Shown in pieces: positions 19,515 through 29,894 of a DNA stretch of 64,000 nucleotides (position 1 is the first letter of the stretch; each line of letters begins with the position of its first letter). Position numbers and translations under genes: made by a program. This stretch comes from a virus. A model generated the notes under the pieces. The model was not told the origin of the DNA. It was given only the letters and a program-made list of their open reading frames with translations, and did no database searches. The stretch spans positions 32,001 to 96,000 of IMG/VR virus record IMGVR_UViG_3300009103_002144; one strand, given 5' to 3'.

Positions 19515-21359
19515 CTATCTCACTGTTACTACGATGTCTTTGTTAGGATATTTCAATTCAAAAATACTTCCAGGTGGGCCTACGACCATCTGTTGGTATG
19601 TGTTGCCATCAACACTAAATGATATGTCACTGTAAGTTCTTTCCTGAACAACGCCCGTTAAGTTTACGAGCTTAATATCGACCATCGACATTACCCCCTC
19701 ACTGTTTAGTACAGAATTGATTATATCTGCATAAGCGATAGGCATATCAATTTGCATGTTGTCTGTCTTAAGAAGTTGTGTTAATCGATTTATTATCGTC
19801 TGTGCGACCTGAGACTTATTCGAGTCAGGGTGAGCAACGATATCCACATTTACTGCAAAATTTATTATTCTTGCATCTAGAATATCATAAGCATCACTAA
19901 CCGCCCTAAACTCATTCAAATAAATCCTAAGATTTTTCTTCAATGTATCTGACGACATTTTTAACTTCTTCCGCTTATCACGAGAAACAATGAAGATCAA
20001 TGAGGCAAGAGAATTAATGGGATTGGGTCGGATACCCACTCTGTACACTCTTCCGAACTGATTAGGTAATGTGTAAACCCTAGCAATCAAGTCTTCCTTA
20101 GTAATTATTCGTGATTGCGCTGCGCGACTTGATGGGATCAATGCTCTAAGCTCGCTAATAGTCGGAGCGCGGTCGCCATCAAGAGCCGGTAAAGCATTTG
20201 AACAATCAACAGACCCTCTCACTTGAGATGCCTCAGCGGCACTGGCGGTGGATGAAAATTTTAGAAAAAGAGTCGTTATTGTCCTTATTGTCTCGGATCC
20301 GACGTTATGCTTCAGGCCGCCGCCGGCGCGATAAGTGATGGTAAGCACAGTGTTTCTTGGAGATATACCCAGGGTTTGTGTTTGAAGCATTGAGTTTGGG
20401 TCGATCGTAAAACGTGAAAACGTCGTTTTTCCATATAAGGGTAATGCCAATTCAGAGGGATCTGGAATAATGTCATTATCTAACGTCTTTGCATTTCCGG
20501 CGCCGAATCTAATAGTTGTTAATTTGGTGTTGTAATCGTAGTTCTTTATGAATCGATACGGCGCTGGTATAACTTCAAGATTATAGCCAACGCTCTCGCT
20601 GTCTTCTGAAAGATTAATTATCTTCCTAAAAACGGTATCTTGTGAAAGCGATTCTACCTCGTAATACACATTACCATCGCTATCCTTTACACTAACAATA
20701 TCTGTAACGTTTTCATCTGGAAGAGTTAACGTTCGAAATGGCTTATGGATGTTCGGTATTTTTGTCTTCCACTCTTTTCTTACACCAGACAAACATAAGC
20801 CATCTCGCATCACCACGTAATTAGTGGGAGTACCATCCTCCGCAGTTTCAACAACCACTGATTCATAAAGATAATTTCCGTCTTTGTCTTTTTCAGCAAA
20901 ATCTAAGTCTTGTAGAAGGTTGAATGGAATACCATCATTAGACGTAAAGATGGATAGGGCTCCCACTGTTGGAAGTAATGAAGATTTCGGAGTTGTTATC
21001 CCATTTACTGTTTCACCCGGAATCTGAAAATATACTTTTACCATGACAACAGAGGGAGTGGCGCCGTGAACTTTCACACCGGCATTGCGCAAATGCTTTT
21101 GGATATTTTTTACTTCAATAGCAGAAGACCAGTTAAGCTCGTTGAACTGGTGGTCCATATAAAAGGACATCGTATCGCCAACAAACGCAGCCATATCCAG
21201 TAAAAGCCCTCCAAGACTAGCTTCGGAAAAATCTTGTATCTTATCTGAGAAATATAACTTTGCATGTTGATACAAAGAATTGCGAAAAGACTCAAAGTCT
21301 TTTGCCAAGTAATTTCTTTTATTTTCATTTTTTAGACTTCGCTTTACATTTATGGCCAT
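19515..21359 (-). CDS. Baseplate wedge subunit (T4 gp6 / baseplate J-like)
   Basis: KDFESFRNSL...QDFSEASLGGLLLDMAAFVGDTMSFYMDHQFNE; IRFGAG; ITYRAGGG...NV; AQSRIITKEDL. Directly follows the gp25-like gene. Confidence 0.9.
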   Translation of the reverse strand: MAINVKRSLKNENKRNYLAKDFESFRNSLYQHAKLYFSDKIQDFSEASLGGLLLDMAAFVGDTMSFYMDHQFNELNWSSAIEVKNIQKHLRNAGVKVHGATPSVVMVKVYFQIPGETVNGITTPKSSLLPTVGALSIFTSNDGIPFNLLQDLDFAEKDKDGNYLYESVVVETAEDGTPTNYVVMRDGLCLSGVRKEWKTKIPNIHKPFRTLTLPDENVTDIVSVKDSDGNVYYEVESLSQDTVFRKIINLSEDSESVGYNLEVIPAPYRFIKNYDYNTKLTTIRFGAGNAKTLDNDIIPDPSELALPLYGKTTFSRFTIDPNSMLQTQTLGISPRNTVLTITYRAGGGLKHNVGSETIRTITTLFLKFSSTASAAEASQVRGSVDCSNALPALDGDRAPTISELRALIPSSRAAQSRIITKEDLIARVYTLPNQFGRVYRVGIRPNPINSLASLIFIVSRDKRKKLKMSSDTLKKNLRIYLNEFRAVSDAYDILDARIINFAVNVDIVAHPDSNKSQVAQTIINRLTQLLKTDNMQIDMPIAYADIINSVLNSEGVMSMVDIKLVNLTGVVQERTYSDISFSVDGNTYQQMVVGPPGSIFELKYPNKDIVVTVR

Positions 21360-21362
21360 CTT

Positions 21363-21860
21363 TTATCCTGCACTGTATATTAGTATCTCCATACCTCTTT
21401 CTTTCATTCGGATGCGTGGAACACTATAGGTTAATTTTACGCCTACTTTTGCGACCTGCTTATTATCAAAAAGTTCAACTACCGGTTCGAACGTAGCTAA
21501 TGCAACAAACGGCATCCACCGATTAACTGCTAATGTTATTCTTCTCATCGCTTCATTCGCCCCGGAGTCAGACTGCATCTCGAAAGCTAATTCCATTAAA
21601 TTAGCACCAAAATGGGGAAAGCCCAACCTCTCACCATGATTTGTTAAAATCAAATTAATAAGATTATCATGTATCTGATCTGCGAAGGATGTGTTCATTT
21701 TAAGAAACCCTTCGCCTGATTCTGCAACGGTAACCGGAGTCTTAATTCCTACCGGTGGAGCAGCCGTACGACGTGCATCAATCTCAGCCTGACGTTCATA
21801 TTCAGTGCCTACAGACCTAAAATCGTATTTTTTAACGTTCGCTCTTCTAGTTACAGCCAT
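21363..21860 (-). CDS. Baseplate wedge / sheath initiator (GPW/gp25 family)
   Basis: QIHDNLINLILTNHGERLGFPHFGANL...AVNRWMPFV signature. Confidence 0.9.
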   Translation of the reverse strand: MAVTRRANVKKYDFRSVGTEYERQAEIDARRTAAPPVGIKTPVTVAESGEGFLKMNTSFADQIHDNLINLILTNHGERLGFPHFGANLMELAFEMQSDSGANEAMRRITLAVNRWMPFVALATFEPVVELFDNKQVAKVGVKLTYSVPRIRMKERGMEILIYSAG

Positions 21861-21875
21861 GATAAACCACCCATA

Positions 21876-21883
21876 CTAAATAT
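21876..21883 (-). promoter_or_regulatory. Candidate late promoter core ATATTTAG upstream of the baseplate operon
   Basis: The 8-mer lies 15 nt before the gp25-like ATG. The same 8-mer lies 14 nt before the first gene of the tail-fibre operon (58011-58018). Confidence 0.55.
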
Positions 21884-21927
21884 TTGCCCGCAAAAATAGT
21901 GATGAGCTAAGTCACACATAGCCGCAT

Positions 21928-22215
21928 CTATAACAGCGTGCCGGTACCCGAACCCATACCCGCTCCAGCAACTGGACACGCACCAGCGGGTGCAAGCGGC
22001 GCCGCAATACCGGCAAGTACTGTTATTACGGTCGTTTGTACAACCGCTGAGGTCGTATACGAATGTATGGCCATGCCCAAAGCATCGCCAAGAGCCTTGT
22101 TAATGTCAGATGGTGATGTACCAGACTCGGCCGCCTCTGGAATACTTTTTCTCGCGTCCTCTAAAGCTAACCAAATATCTAATTGTAATAATGGTAACGC
22201 TGCTGATAATGGCAT
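21928..22215 (-). CDS. Small structural protein, possible spike-tip protein
   Basis: GGAGG RBS. Lies between the gp5-like and gp25-like genes. C-terminus is small-residue-rich (AAPLAPAGACPVAGAGMGSGTGTLL). Confidence 0.55.
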   Translation of the reverse strand: MPLSAALPLLQLDIWLALEDARKSIPEAAESGTSPSDINKALGDALGMAIHSYTTSAVVQTTVITVLAGIAAPLAPAGACPVAGAGMGSGTGTLL

Positions 22216-22224
22216 AATTCCTCC

Positions 22225-24096
22225 TTATTCTCCAAAAATTCTTTCCGATTGGATGCTCGGTATTTGACCCTTCCGGGAATCCATGTTGGCTTTTAGCGCT
22301 GCGGCGGCAGAATTAATTTCTGGTGATGGTGCACCGTAACCGGGCGTAGTGTGTATTGAAAGATCGCTACAAAATGTCTGAATATCTGACATAGTGGCCG
22401 AAAGGAGCTCATATAATTGTTGGTACATAACGTATGGCTGAGAGCTTCCATCGCCAGGACCACTATTATCTGAGCCTGCACCACCGTCATCGGGGTGTCT
22501 CCCTAAAAAGATTTTCGAGCCGCTTATCTGTATTGTTCCATCTGCCAAAATGTATATACACGCCATATCTTCATCAGGGATCCCCTGCTTGATAATACGG
22601 ATAGAGCCATTGATCTCTGGGGAGCCATCCACAGGATCATCTGCCTCAAGTTTTCTAGCGATAATTCGAATCTCATCAGCTTTCGTAACAACACTAGATG
22701 GAAAATCTTTGGTTGCGCCAATAGTAAGTTCTGTGTCTTCTGGACCAATAAGCGTTGGGAGCGTTTTACCTGGATTATCTATATTGAATAAAGGGTCTGG
22801 CTCCCCGGAGTGACTAATCCAAACACGGGCAGCATCATAAGCAAAATCCGGGTCGCCCTCAGGTGGAGCATCTAATCGATTTAAGTCGGCCTGTTCATTT
22901 GCTTGAGGATTCTTATTTGTTTCAATCCACTTCTCTCTTCCTGGGCCCAGGTGCTCTGGAATCGGGGTGTTCTCTATACAGCGAGGAGCAGTCAAAATAG
23001 GCGGTAATAATTCTGTTTTAGACCTGAATCTCCAGTCATGACGACCCCTTCCAGCCACCAAATCAATAGCGCCCCAGGGATATTCTTTTCGCTCTTCTAT
23101 CTTATCTTCATCAAATGTAGCATTTGAGTAGTCGGAGTCCCATGCTAAATCAAGGCGTTCTCTGCCGATATGTCGGCCCCACCCACGTTGTTCTCCTAAA
23201 CAAATTAATGTATTATTTGATCCTTGAAGAACCATGTCACCTGGACGCTTCGTAAATCGTGGTACATGTTGACGGTGAAACTGGTCATACGCGATAGCTA
23301 CGTTTACCAGGTCTTCATACGCTAGCTCTTCCTTAAGGGTATATGCATCTTCTTTTCCAGTACCATTTGGGAATCCGAATAGCCTATCATCCATCCCATC
23401 CCCGTCTTTGTCTTCACTTTCTAAAGGACTTATTACCTGTCCTTCCTCTGTCTGCTCGGTACCAGGGTTTACAATTGATGTCCCATCATCGGGCACTTCT
23501 TCAGTTTCCTGTGCGTTTTCAGCTAACTCTTTCGATGTTGGTTGTGCCAGACTTCCAACAAGCTTCCTATCGGCATGAGTAAAGTTAATGTCATCTACAT
23601 GTGACGGCTCTGGAATTCGGCACATCCAATATCGAATTTTTGTGGGAGTATCGGGCGAATCGACTACTACCCAAACCTGCTCTCCAGGCTTTACTGGAAA
23701 ACAAAGGTGGGGCGGGAAAAATGGATAGCACAACACACCTTGTCCACCAATTGCTTCTCCCTCAGGTATAGACTCTTCATTTTCTTCCGCTTCTCTTGCC
23801 TCTTCTTCTGTGGGCTGTTCAGTGGCATCTGCTGCCTTCTTATCTGCTCCCCCCGTTACAACACGAGCGATAATCGAGTTTCTTGGTGCGGTTGCAAGCA
23901 TATCGGGCGAATCAATAAGAGCCTTCATTTCTTCAAGATCTTCTTCTGGAAATACACTCAAATCATAAAGCACTTCAACCACAACTGCTCTTGTAAAGAT
24001 CTGCGTTGGATTCGCAGTTGCATTCGCATCAGCTGGAGCTGATGCGGTTGGATTCGCTTGTTGTGCTACTGCATCTGTACCTGATCCGCGAGCCAT
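22225..24096 (-). CDS. Baseplate hub / central spike protein (gp5/VgrG-like)
   Basis: CYPFFPPHLCFPVKPGEQVWVV (OB-fold-like), PGDMVLQGSNNTLICLG and IYILADGTIQISGSKIFLG (beta-helix-like). Position upstream of gp25/gp6. Confidence 0.65.
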   Translation of the reverse strand: MARGSGTDAVAQQANPTASAPADANATANPTQIFTRAVVVEVLYDLSVFPEEDLEEMKALIDSPDMLATAPRNSIIARVVTGGADKKAADATEQPTEEEAREAEENEESIPEGEAIGGQGVLCYPFFPPHLCFPVKPGEQVWVVVDSPDTPTKIRYWMCRIPEPSHVDDINFTHADRKLVGSLAQPTSKELAENAQETEEVPDDGTSIVNPGTEQTEEGQVISPLESEDKDGDGMDDRLFGFPNGTGKEDAYTLKEELAYEDLVNVAIAYDQFHRQHVPRFTKRPGDMVLQGSNNTLICLGEQRGWGRHIGRERLDLAWDSDYSNATFDEDKIEERKEYPWGAIDLVAGRGRHDWRFRSKTELLPPILTAPRCIENTPIPEHLGPGREKWIETNKNPQANEQADLNRLDAPPEGDPDFAYDAARVWISHSGEPDPLFNIDNPGKTLPTLIGPEDTELTIGATKDFPSSVVTKADEIRIIARKLEADDPVDGSPEINGSIRIIKQGIPDEDMACIYILADGTIQISGSKIFLGRHPDDGGAGSDNSGPGDGSSQPYVMYQQLYELLSATMSDIQTFCSDLSIHTTPGYGAPSPEINSAAAALKANMDSRKGQIPSIQSERIFGE

Positions 24097-24467
24097 TATT
24101 CACCCTTTTGAATCTGAGAGAATAAGTCATCTGCATTTATCGCAGCATGATCGCTCTCAGACTTTGATATTAGATCCGCTAATTTTAGCAACTGATCATT
24201 TGACTTATTCATTCTCTCAAGATATTTCGTCAATGTCGATCCCAGAGTTGCATGCTCTGTTGTACCCTGACTCATTGTAGTGTAAGCTTCCACAAAAAGA
24301 ATATGTGCATTTTGTCTATCGAGCGTGGCATTCTCATAGATTTCTTTCCATAAAATCTTTTTCTTTGCATCAGCATGTTCTATCTTTGATAGCATATCAG
24401 AGAATTCTTCTATTTTTTTCTCTATACTTTCAAAATCTTTTGCAGCTTCTTCGATCTTACTACTCAT
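24096..24467 (-). CDS. Hypothetical helical protein
   Basis: GGGAG RBS; TAATG coupling to the next gene; coiled-coil-like composition. Confidence 0.7.
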   Translation of the reverse strand: MSSKIEEAAKDFESIEKKIEEFSDMLSKIEHADAKKKILWKEIYENATLDRQNAHILFVEAYTTMSQGTTEHATLGSTLTKYLERMNKSNDQLLKLADLISKSESDHAAINADDLFSQIQKGE

Positions 24468-24476
24468 AATATCTCC

Positions 24477-25202
24477 CTACAATAAGTCTACTATCCTGTC
24501 ATCGTGAACGATTTCTTTGTAATGTTTTCTTATTTTTGACATTGAAACAGAGAGTTGTTTTGAAGTTAACCCTGATATTTCTCTAACATACACATAGATC
24601 GCTCGCTTATTCAAGAAGTCAAGATTATCGATATTCTCAAAAACGGTGCGAATCGCTTTTGCGCAAAGCACCTCGTTTGGTTTTTTAACACGACCATCTA
24701 TTTCATCAATTACGTCCATTATTCTATCACGAAGTTCAGCTTTTTCCAAAATGTCCTGTGGTGACGGAGCAACTTTGCTATTTGCAATTTTGGCTTTATC
24801 TCTAGAATTTAATATTGACAGATCGCTCATCGATACATGACGCTGATTATTTTTCTTAGCATTCCGACACCTGATTATCAACCAATTCTTTGCTACAACA
24901 TTGAAATATGAAAACGCTTTGGTACCCCTGGATGGATCCCACTTATGAATTGTCTCATATAAAAATGCGACACAGTCACCTTTCATGGATGCAGTACTTT
25001 CATAAGGGGAATTAAAGCCGTATACGTAAATAAGACTTTCCGACAATTGCTCAAAAGCAGGCATGATCTCGTGACGATATATCTTCTCTTTTTCAGACGA
25101 ATCTTCCGACTGTTGATAAGCTTCTATTGATGCCTGTGTATTTTTGTTAAAATACATGTTGCGCTTTTTGCCAGGATTTCTCCGGATCTTTCTTTTGGCC
25201 AT
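24477..25202 (-). CDS. Phage RNA polymerase sigma-factor-like protein (probable late sigma)
   Basis: Region-2-like YETIHKWDPSRGTKAFSYFNVVAKNWLI; basic N-terminus; degenerate C-terminal HTH-like REISGLTSKQLSVSMSKIRK. Confidence 0.7.
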   Translation of the reverse strand: MAKRKIRRNPGKKRNMYFNKNTQASIEAYQQSEDSSEKEKIYRHEIMPAFEQLSESLIYVYGFNSPYESTASMKGDCVAFLYETIHKWDPSRGTKAFSYFNVVAKNWLIIRCRNAKKNNQRHVSMSDLSILNSRDKAKIANSKVAPSPQDILEKAELRDRIMDVIDEIDGRVKKPNEVLCAKAIRTVFENIDNLDFLNKRAIYVYVREISGLTSKQLSVSMSKIRKHYKEIVHDDRIVDLL

Positions 25203-25511
25203 TTATTGTTCCTCTTCTACTTCTTCAATGATGCCACCAGTCAAAAGATTTGCAACAGCCAAAATTTGGTCTCTTGACCTTTTGATATCTTTATGAACAG
25301 TCCTTATTTGAGGACTGTCATCAAAAAGCGGAATCTCCAAAACTTTAGATATAGATTCATATCTTTCATCAAGAACATCCAGACACTCCTCGACAGCATC
25401 CTCTACCTTCAAAATGGTAACACCAAACTTATATACATAAAATGCGAGTACGCATGTACTCGCAAAAAACAAGCAAGATGATATCGCTAAAAATGTCTCA
25501 AGACCTGTCAA
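25203..25511 (-). CDS. Small membrane-anchored protein
   Basis: N-terminal hydrophobic helix (FLAISSCLFFASTCVLAFYVY) followed by a coiled-coil-like region. Confidence 0.65.
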   Translation of the reverse strand: MTGLETFLAISSCLFFASTCVLAFYVYKFGVTILKVEDAVEECLDVLDERYESISKVLEIPLFDDSPQIRTVHKDIKRSRDQILAVANLLTGGIIEEVEEEQ

Positions 25512-26676
25512 TTAAGCTCCCAAGCTTTTCATCATAAATCGAAAAAATATTCTTTAAAGAATATTTTTCTGTTATCGTCGGAGCAGCGGTTTGTGCCCAG
25601 TCAGTGGGGGGCCCAGGAGACTTCCTGAACTTGGTTAATCGAGACTTAAAATGAACCTCTTTAACATTTGCCCAATGGGCGTCTTGCATAAAAATTTGGT
25701 TATCAATCTTCTGAGGTGGGACAGGCACAAGATCATAATCTAAAGAAAGAAACTTTACTCCCTTCATAAAATCTAAATGACCCGACCAATTGGTGGCAAT
25801 AACAGGGAGACCACATACAGCGGCATCTAATATCGGTAAGCCCCATCCTTCTCCCCGAGTTGGCGCAACTAAAGCCTTTACACTTTCATGCTGATATAAC
25901 GATGAAATTTCGCTTTCATCCATCAAGCCGTGAGCAAGATAAAACCGCGGGTAAGGACCTGAACGTACTTGACTTATCAATTCTCTTAAGACCATCGTAG
26001 ACTGCTCACGATCTTTAACGCTAAGTCGTCCAGTGTTCGTCTTTACAATAATTCCAACATCCGGATCATTTGAAAATAGCTCTGACAACCACCTTATATT
26101 ATAAAATGTATTCTTTCGGTCAGTTTCAGGATCTTGTCCGGTAATCTGCCCGAATATAAGAAGGTTGAACTTAGTTGGTATCTGATCCATGTCAGAAGAT
26201 AGTTTCTCCGCCCTGGGTGTGTGACTTAAATTACATGTAAATGCTTCAGGAATTGAAGAAATCTTATCAGGAGATAATCCCGAGTCTATGAAAATTTTTC
26301 TTGTAAACTCACTTGGGACAACTATGTGGTCCATTCTATTACAAGCATCAATCCACGCAGGATTGCAGATCGTCGTTTCTACTCCTGCAGTTATTCCCAC
26401 ATTAATTCTCGCCAAAGAAGGATCCCATTCATTCGGTAGCTGAATCTGTAGAGATATATCAACAGGAGTATTTTCTGGGAACGGTGTTGTAGCCTGCATT
26501 ATACGACCTACTAAACCACTCTGGAGATCTGGATTGACGTAATACGGATTACAACCCCAGGGTAAGACGTGCGTATTAATTCTCCAACCCTTTGATTCAG
26601 CCCACTGAAAAACTTGTCGTGAGTGCTCTCCATAACCGCTAATTGAAAGAAGCGGACCCCTCAAAATAACATTCAT
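25498..26676 (-). CDS. Glycosyltransferase, GT-B fold (GT4-like)
   Basis: SGYGEHSR; PTRGEGWGLPILDAAVCGLPVIATNWSGHLDF donor-binding motif. Confidence 0.9.
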   Translation of the reverse strand: MNVILRGPLLSISGYGEHSRQVFQWAESKGWRINTHVLPWGCNPYYVNPDLQSGLVGRIMQATTPFPENTPVDISLQIQLPNEWDPSLARINVGITAGVETTICNPAWIDACNRMDHIVVPSEFTRKIFIDSGLSPDKISSIPEAFTCNLSHTPRAEKLSSDMDQIPTKFNLLIFGQITGQDPETDRKNTFYNIRWLSELFSNDPDVGIIVKTNTGRLSVKDREQSTMVLRELISQVRSGPYPRFYLAHGLMDESEISSLYQHESVKALVAPTRGEGWGLPILDAAVCGLPVIATNWSGHLDFMKGVKFLSLDYDLVPVPPQKIDNQIFMQDAHWANVKEVHFKSRLTKFRKSPGPPTDWAQTAAPTITEKYSLKNIFSIYDEKLGSLIDRS

Positions 26677-26680
26677 ACCT

Positions 26681-27934
26681 TCATAACTCCCTTATCTCGA
26701 ATCTATTTACCATTCTTTTGCCGCTCTGCCAATCTTCAACAAGCTTTATTAGCGAATTGTGCCACAGATTGACCGTAGTCTCTAAAGCGAATTCGCTTGC
26801 CACATAATCACTCACTTTCTTACTAAGCGCTTCCTTTTCCTCTTTCGAGAGAGAATAAATCTTAAAAATCGCTTCAGCAGTGTCTTCTACAGAAACATAA
26901 TCTTCGTAAATATATGGAACATTTTGTGAGCCCACCAGCGCCTTTAGCGAAATATCTAAAGCAACACCATTTTCAGACCCGTCTCTATGATCTATAACCT
27001 GTCTAGTTAATCCACCAGTTTTTGCAGCAACAATTGGGGTTCCAGTCTGCATTGCCTCAAGCGTTCCAAGACCAAAACCTTCTGCAAATGAGATATTTAT
27101 GCAACAATCAGAAACATTATGAAGAATGTTCATCTGCTCGAACTCTATTCTTTCCCTTGAAAATGTGACTCGGTCTAGAATCCCGAACATTTTTGCAACC
27201 TCAACCAAGTTTGGTCCTTCTGCATCAAATGGGTCAGTATGCATTAGCAGCATTACTTCTTCGCGATTATCGAGTCTATCCAAAAACAATTTCCAGGCCC
27301 ATAATACATCTGCTGGGCGCTTCCTTTTTGCATTCCTGTTAACCCAAAAAGCGGTAAAGCAATTCTTGTTGTGAAACCCTAGAATCTTTTCTTTCCACTG
27401 AGCTATCTGATTTTCGGGGAGTTGGTAAAATACCTCTTTTGGTAAAGCATGCGGAATGAAGTTGGTCCGTTCCGGAAAGTTCTCTTTAACAAGTCCATAC
27501 GTCATATATGAGTGACAATTTATTAGGTCAGTTGACGCATAGTAAGAGCTGTTAAACTCTGGTGTTGGCTCATTGTCCCACACATGCCAATAAGCGATTG
27601 GGCATATTTGGTGAATTTCTTCTTCCATTTCCCAAAGCCACGTAAAAAATCGAGGATCAGTAAAGATAAACAATATATCGGGCTTTTCGGTGGCTAACGC
27701 GAGACGAAGCATATCAGGATTACCAAAGCCATCAATCGGCTTGATAATAAAGTCTGGATTTACTTGCACAACGTTATAATCATTATGCTTTAAGGCAGCT
27801 CCAAACTGCCTAAAGCTCCAGCAGCCCTTTGCAATAAGGCCCTCGATTAAAAATCTTGATTGACACCCAACCCCCGACGTGCTAAGCGCATGATCGGAAA
27901 GCATCAATATCTTATACTTCTTTTGTTCTGTCAT
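26681..27934 (-). CDS. Glycosyltransferase family 4
   Basis: NRNAKRKRP; SFAEGFGLGTLEAMQTGTPIVA (E-X7-E). Confidence 0.92.
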   Translation of the reverse strand: MTEQKKYKILMLSDHALSTSGVGCQSRFLIEGLIAKGCWSFRQFGAALKHNDYNVVQVNPDFIIKPIDGFGNPDMLRLALATEKPDILFIFTDPRFFTWLWEMEEEIHQICPIAYWHVWDNEPTPEFNSSYYASTDLINCHSYMTYGLVKENFPERTNFIPHALPKEVFYQLPENQIAQWKEKILGFHNKNCFTAFWVNRNAKRKRPADVLWAWKLFLDRLDNREEVMLLMHTDPFDAEGPNLVEVAKMFGILDRVTFSRERIEFEQMNILHNVSDCCINISFAEGFGLGTLEAMQTGTPIVAAKTGGLTRQVIDHRDGSENGVALDISLKALVGSQNVPYIYEDYVSVEDTAEAIFKIYSLSKEEKEALSKKVSDYVASEFALETTVNLWHNSLIKLVEDWQSGKRMVNRFEIREL

Positions 27935-27952
27935 CTAATCCTCATCTACGTG

Positions 27953-27974
27953 GATAATCATATCACAGATTATC
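27953..27974. promoter_or_regulatory. Intergenic inverted repeat GATAATC-N8-GATTATC overlapping a possible extended -10 (TGATATGAT, minus strand)
   Basis: Seen directly in the 50-bp gap upstream of the GT4 pair. Confidence 0.35.
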
Positions 27975-27984
27975 ATAAAGTATA

Positions 27985-28860
27985 TCAGCCTGGACAATGA
28001 GATGTATTCTTAAATTCGCAAAATCTACACGACTGTCTATTTTTAAGATAAATGCCCCTCCGTACGGTCTTTACCATACTTCGTAAAATCGACAGGGCAT
28101 TTTCTTCTGCCTTCGGACCAACGGAGACCTTAACTAATTCACAAGAGTCACCGGGCGTACCGCCACGCTTAAGTAATACAAACCCACACTTCACTTCTTT
28201 TATGTCTTTACCATTCTTGTTTTTCCAAAATGACTTGTATAAAGCGATCTGAGCCCAAGTTAATATATCTCTTTTCTTACTTGCGAACCACCCCTTGTCC
28301 CCAGCTGTTTTCCAATCAATAACGTAATAGTATTCTTTGCCACGAATTTTGACTTTAAGTAATGCATCGATGAAACCCTTAAAGAAGATATCATAGCCAG
28401 GAAAATATTCGTATAATTGCTCTTCAGCTGATATTACCTCATAATCGCCGAATTCTTCTGTCAAAAATAACGGCAGATCTGTCAAGGACGTATCGGCCCA
28501 CTTCAACCATGACCCTAGATAATCATGCCCTTTCGGTTTCCAACCCTGCGACTTTCGATGATCCGCTTGAGCTTGAATCCATTCCTCCGAATCAAAGCCG
28601 TGAATATCCCACTCACTTTTTATCTTCTCAAGGACTGCCTGTTTATCCATTACACCCGTCTTAAGGAAATTTTCAATACCATCATGAAGAGCAGAACCGT
28701 ACGACAGGTAGGGTGATGGCTCATCTTTTGCAACTTTATCGATATATACAAGACGATGGTGATAGGGACACTCTTTCCATAATCGAATTTCCGAAAATGA
28801 AACGTGCGGTTTTCCTGTTGGGAAACTAATATCTTCTGGACTTGGAATATTCATATTCAC
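27985..28860 (-). CDS. PD-(D/E)XK exonuclease, Cas4/RecB-like, with a four-Cys cluster
   Basis: [12 protein letters not shown]; FKGFIDALL; VIDWKT; QIALY; C-terminal [12 protein letters not shown]. Confidence 0.88.
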   Translation of the reverse strand: MNMNIPSPEDISFPTGKPHVSFSEIRLWKECPYHHRLVYIDKVAKDEPSPYLSYGSALHDGIENFLKTGVMDKQAVLEKIKSEWDIHGFDSEEWIQAQADHRKSQGWKPKGHDYLGSWLKWADTSLTDLPLFLTEEFGDYEVISAEEQLYEYFPGYDIFFKGFIDALLKVKIRGKEYYYVIDWKTAGDKGWFASKKRDILTWAQIALYKSFWKNKNGKDIKEVKCGFVLLKRGGTPGDSCELVKVSVGPKAEENALSILRSMVKTVRRGIYLKNRQSCRFCEFKNTSHCPG

Positions 28861-29894
28861 CCCTTAAACTTCATCTTCATCCCAGGAATCCATGCTTCTG
28901 GTTCCGGAGATCTACCTAATACCTGTAGCTCGGTTGTCGCGACTTTGAAATCATGAGCGTGCATTAAGCTGGCAAGATTAGAAAACTTTGTCTTAGGTTC
29001 CCACCCAAGCTTTTCTTTTGCTTTTGTTGGGTCTCCTAAAAGTATGGGCACCTCGTGAGGGCGGAATAGTCTCTCATCTATCTCTACATTTTCGTCAATT
29101 GATAGACCAGCAATGGAGAATACTTCTTCTAGCCACTCTTGAACCGAATGTGTCTCTCCGGTTGCTATGACATAATCATCTGGTTTTTTTTGTTGGAGCA
29201 TTAGCCACATCGCCTCTACATAATCACCTGCAAATCCCCAGTCTCTCTTTGCGGAAAGGTTCCCAAGAAATAACTTCTCTTGCAGCCCAAGCTTTATTCT
29301 AGCAGCAGCAAGTGTGATCTTTCGTGTGACAAACGTTTCACCCCGACGAGGAGATTCGTGATTGAACAAAATGCCGCTTGAAATGTGCATGTCATAAGAC
29401 TCACGATAATTTCTACACAGGTTATGAGCAAATACTTTAGCACAAGCATAAGGACTAGCAGGCATCAAAATTGTATTTTCGTCTTGAGGATAATTGGGGT
29501 TATCACCGTACATCTCTGATGAGGATGCTTGATAAATCCTTATATCTTTGTTAACAAAACGAACAGCTTCAAGAATCCTTAGCGTACCCATGGCTATAGT
29601 ATCAACTGTTTCTATCGGTACATCAAATGAAACTCGAACATGGGACTGCGCTGCGAGGTTATAAAACTCTTCTGGCTCATACTGCTCAAGCAACCTATAG
29701 AGGGTTGAGGGGTCATGTAAAGAATAATATTCAAGACAAAACATGGGGTTGTTATAAATGTGATCCAAACGGTCAGTAGAGATCAAGCTTGTTCTTCTCT
29801 TAAGACCAACTACTCGATACCCTTTGCTCAATAGCAACTCAGCAAGATACGATCCATCTTGGCCAGTTATTCCTGTTACTAAAGCAGTTTTCAT
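28857..29894 (-). CDS. gmd: GDP-mannose 4,6-dehydratase
   Basis: [19 protein letters not shown]; [13 protein letters not shown]; [10 protein letters not shown]; SPYACAK; [20 protein letters not shown]; RDWG. Confidence 0.97.
   Translation of the reverse strand: MKTALVTGITGQDGSYLAELLLSKGYRVVGLKRRTSLISTDRLDHIYNNPMFCLEYYSLHDPSTLYRLLEQYEPEEFYNLAAQSHVRVSFDVPIETVDTIAMGTLRILEAVRFVNKDIRIYQASSSEMYGDNPNYPQDENTILMPASPYACAKVFAHNLCRNYRESYDMHISSGILFNHESPRRGETFVTRKITLAAARIKLGLQEKLFLGNLSAKRDWGFAGDYVEAMWLMLQQKKPDDYVIATGETHSVQEWLEEVFSIAGLSIDENVEIDERLFRPHEVPILLGDPTKAKEKLGWEPKTKFSNLASLMHAHDFKVATTELQVLGRSPEPEAWIPGMKMKFKG

Noticed and set aside
14275-24096. Bacterial eCIS/T6SS/tailocin plus O-antigen cluster instead of a phage
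   Set aside because: T4-like gp6/gp25 with giant fibres, a phage-type sigma, solo Cas4, one-strand dense coding, and no housekeeping or polysaccharide-export genes fit a jumbo phage better. Capsid and terminase genes are outside the window, so this is not formally proven.
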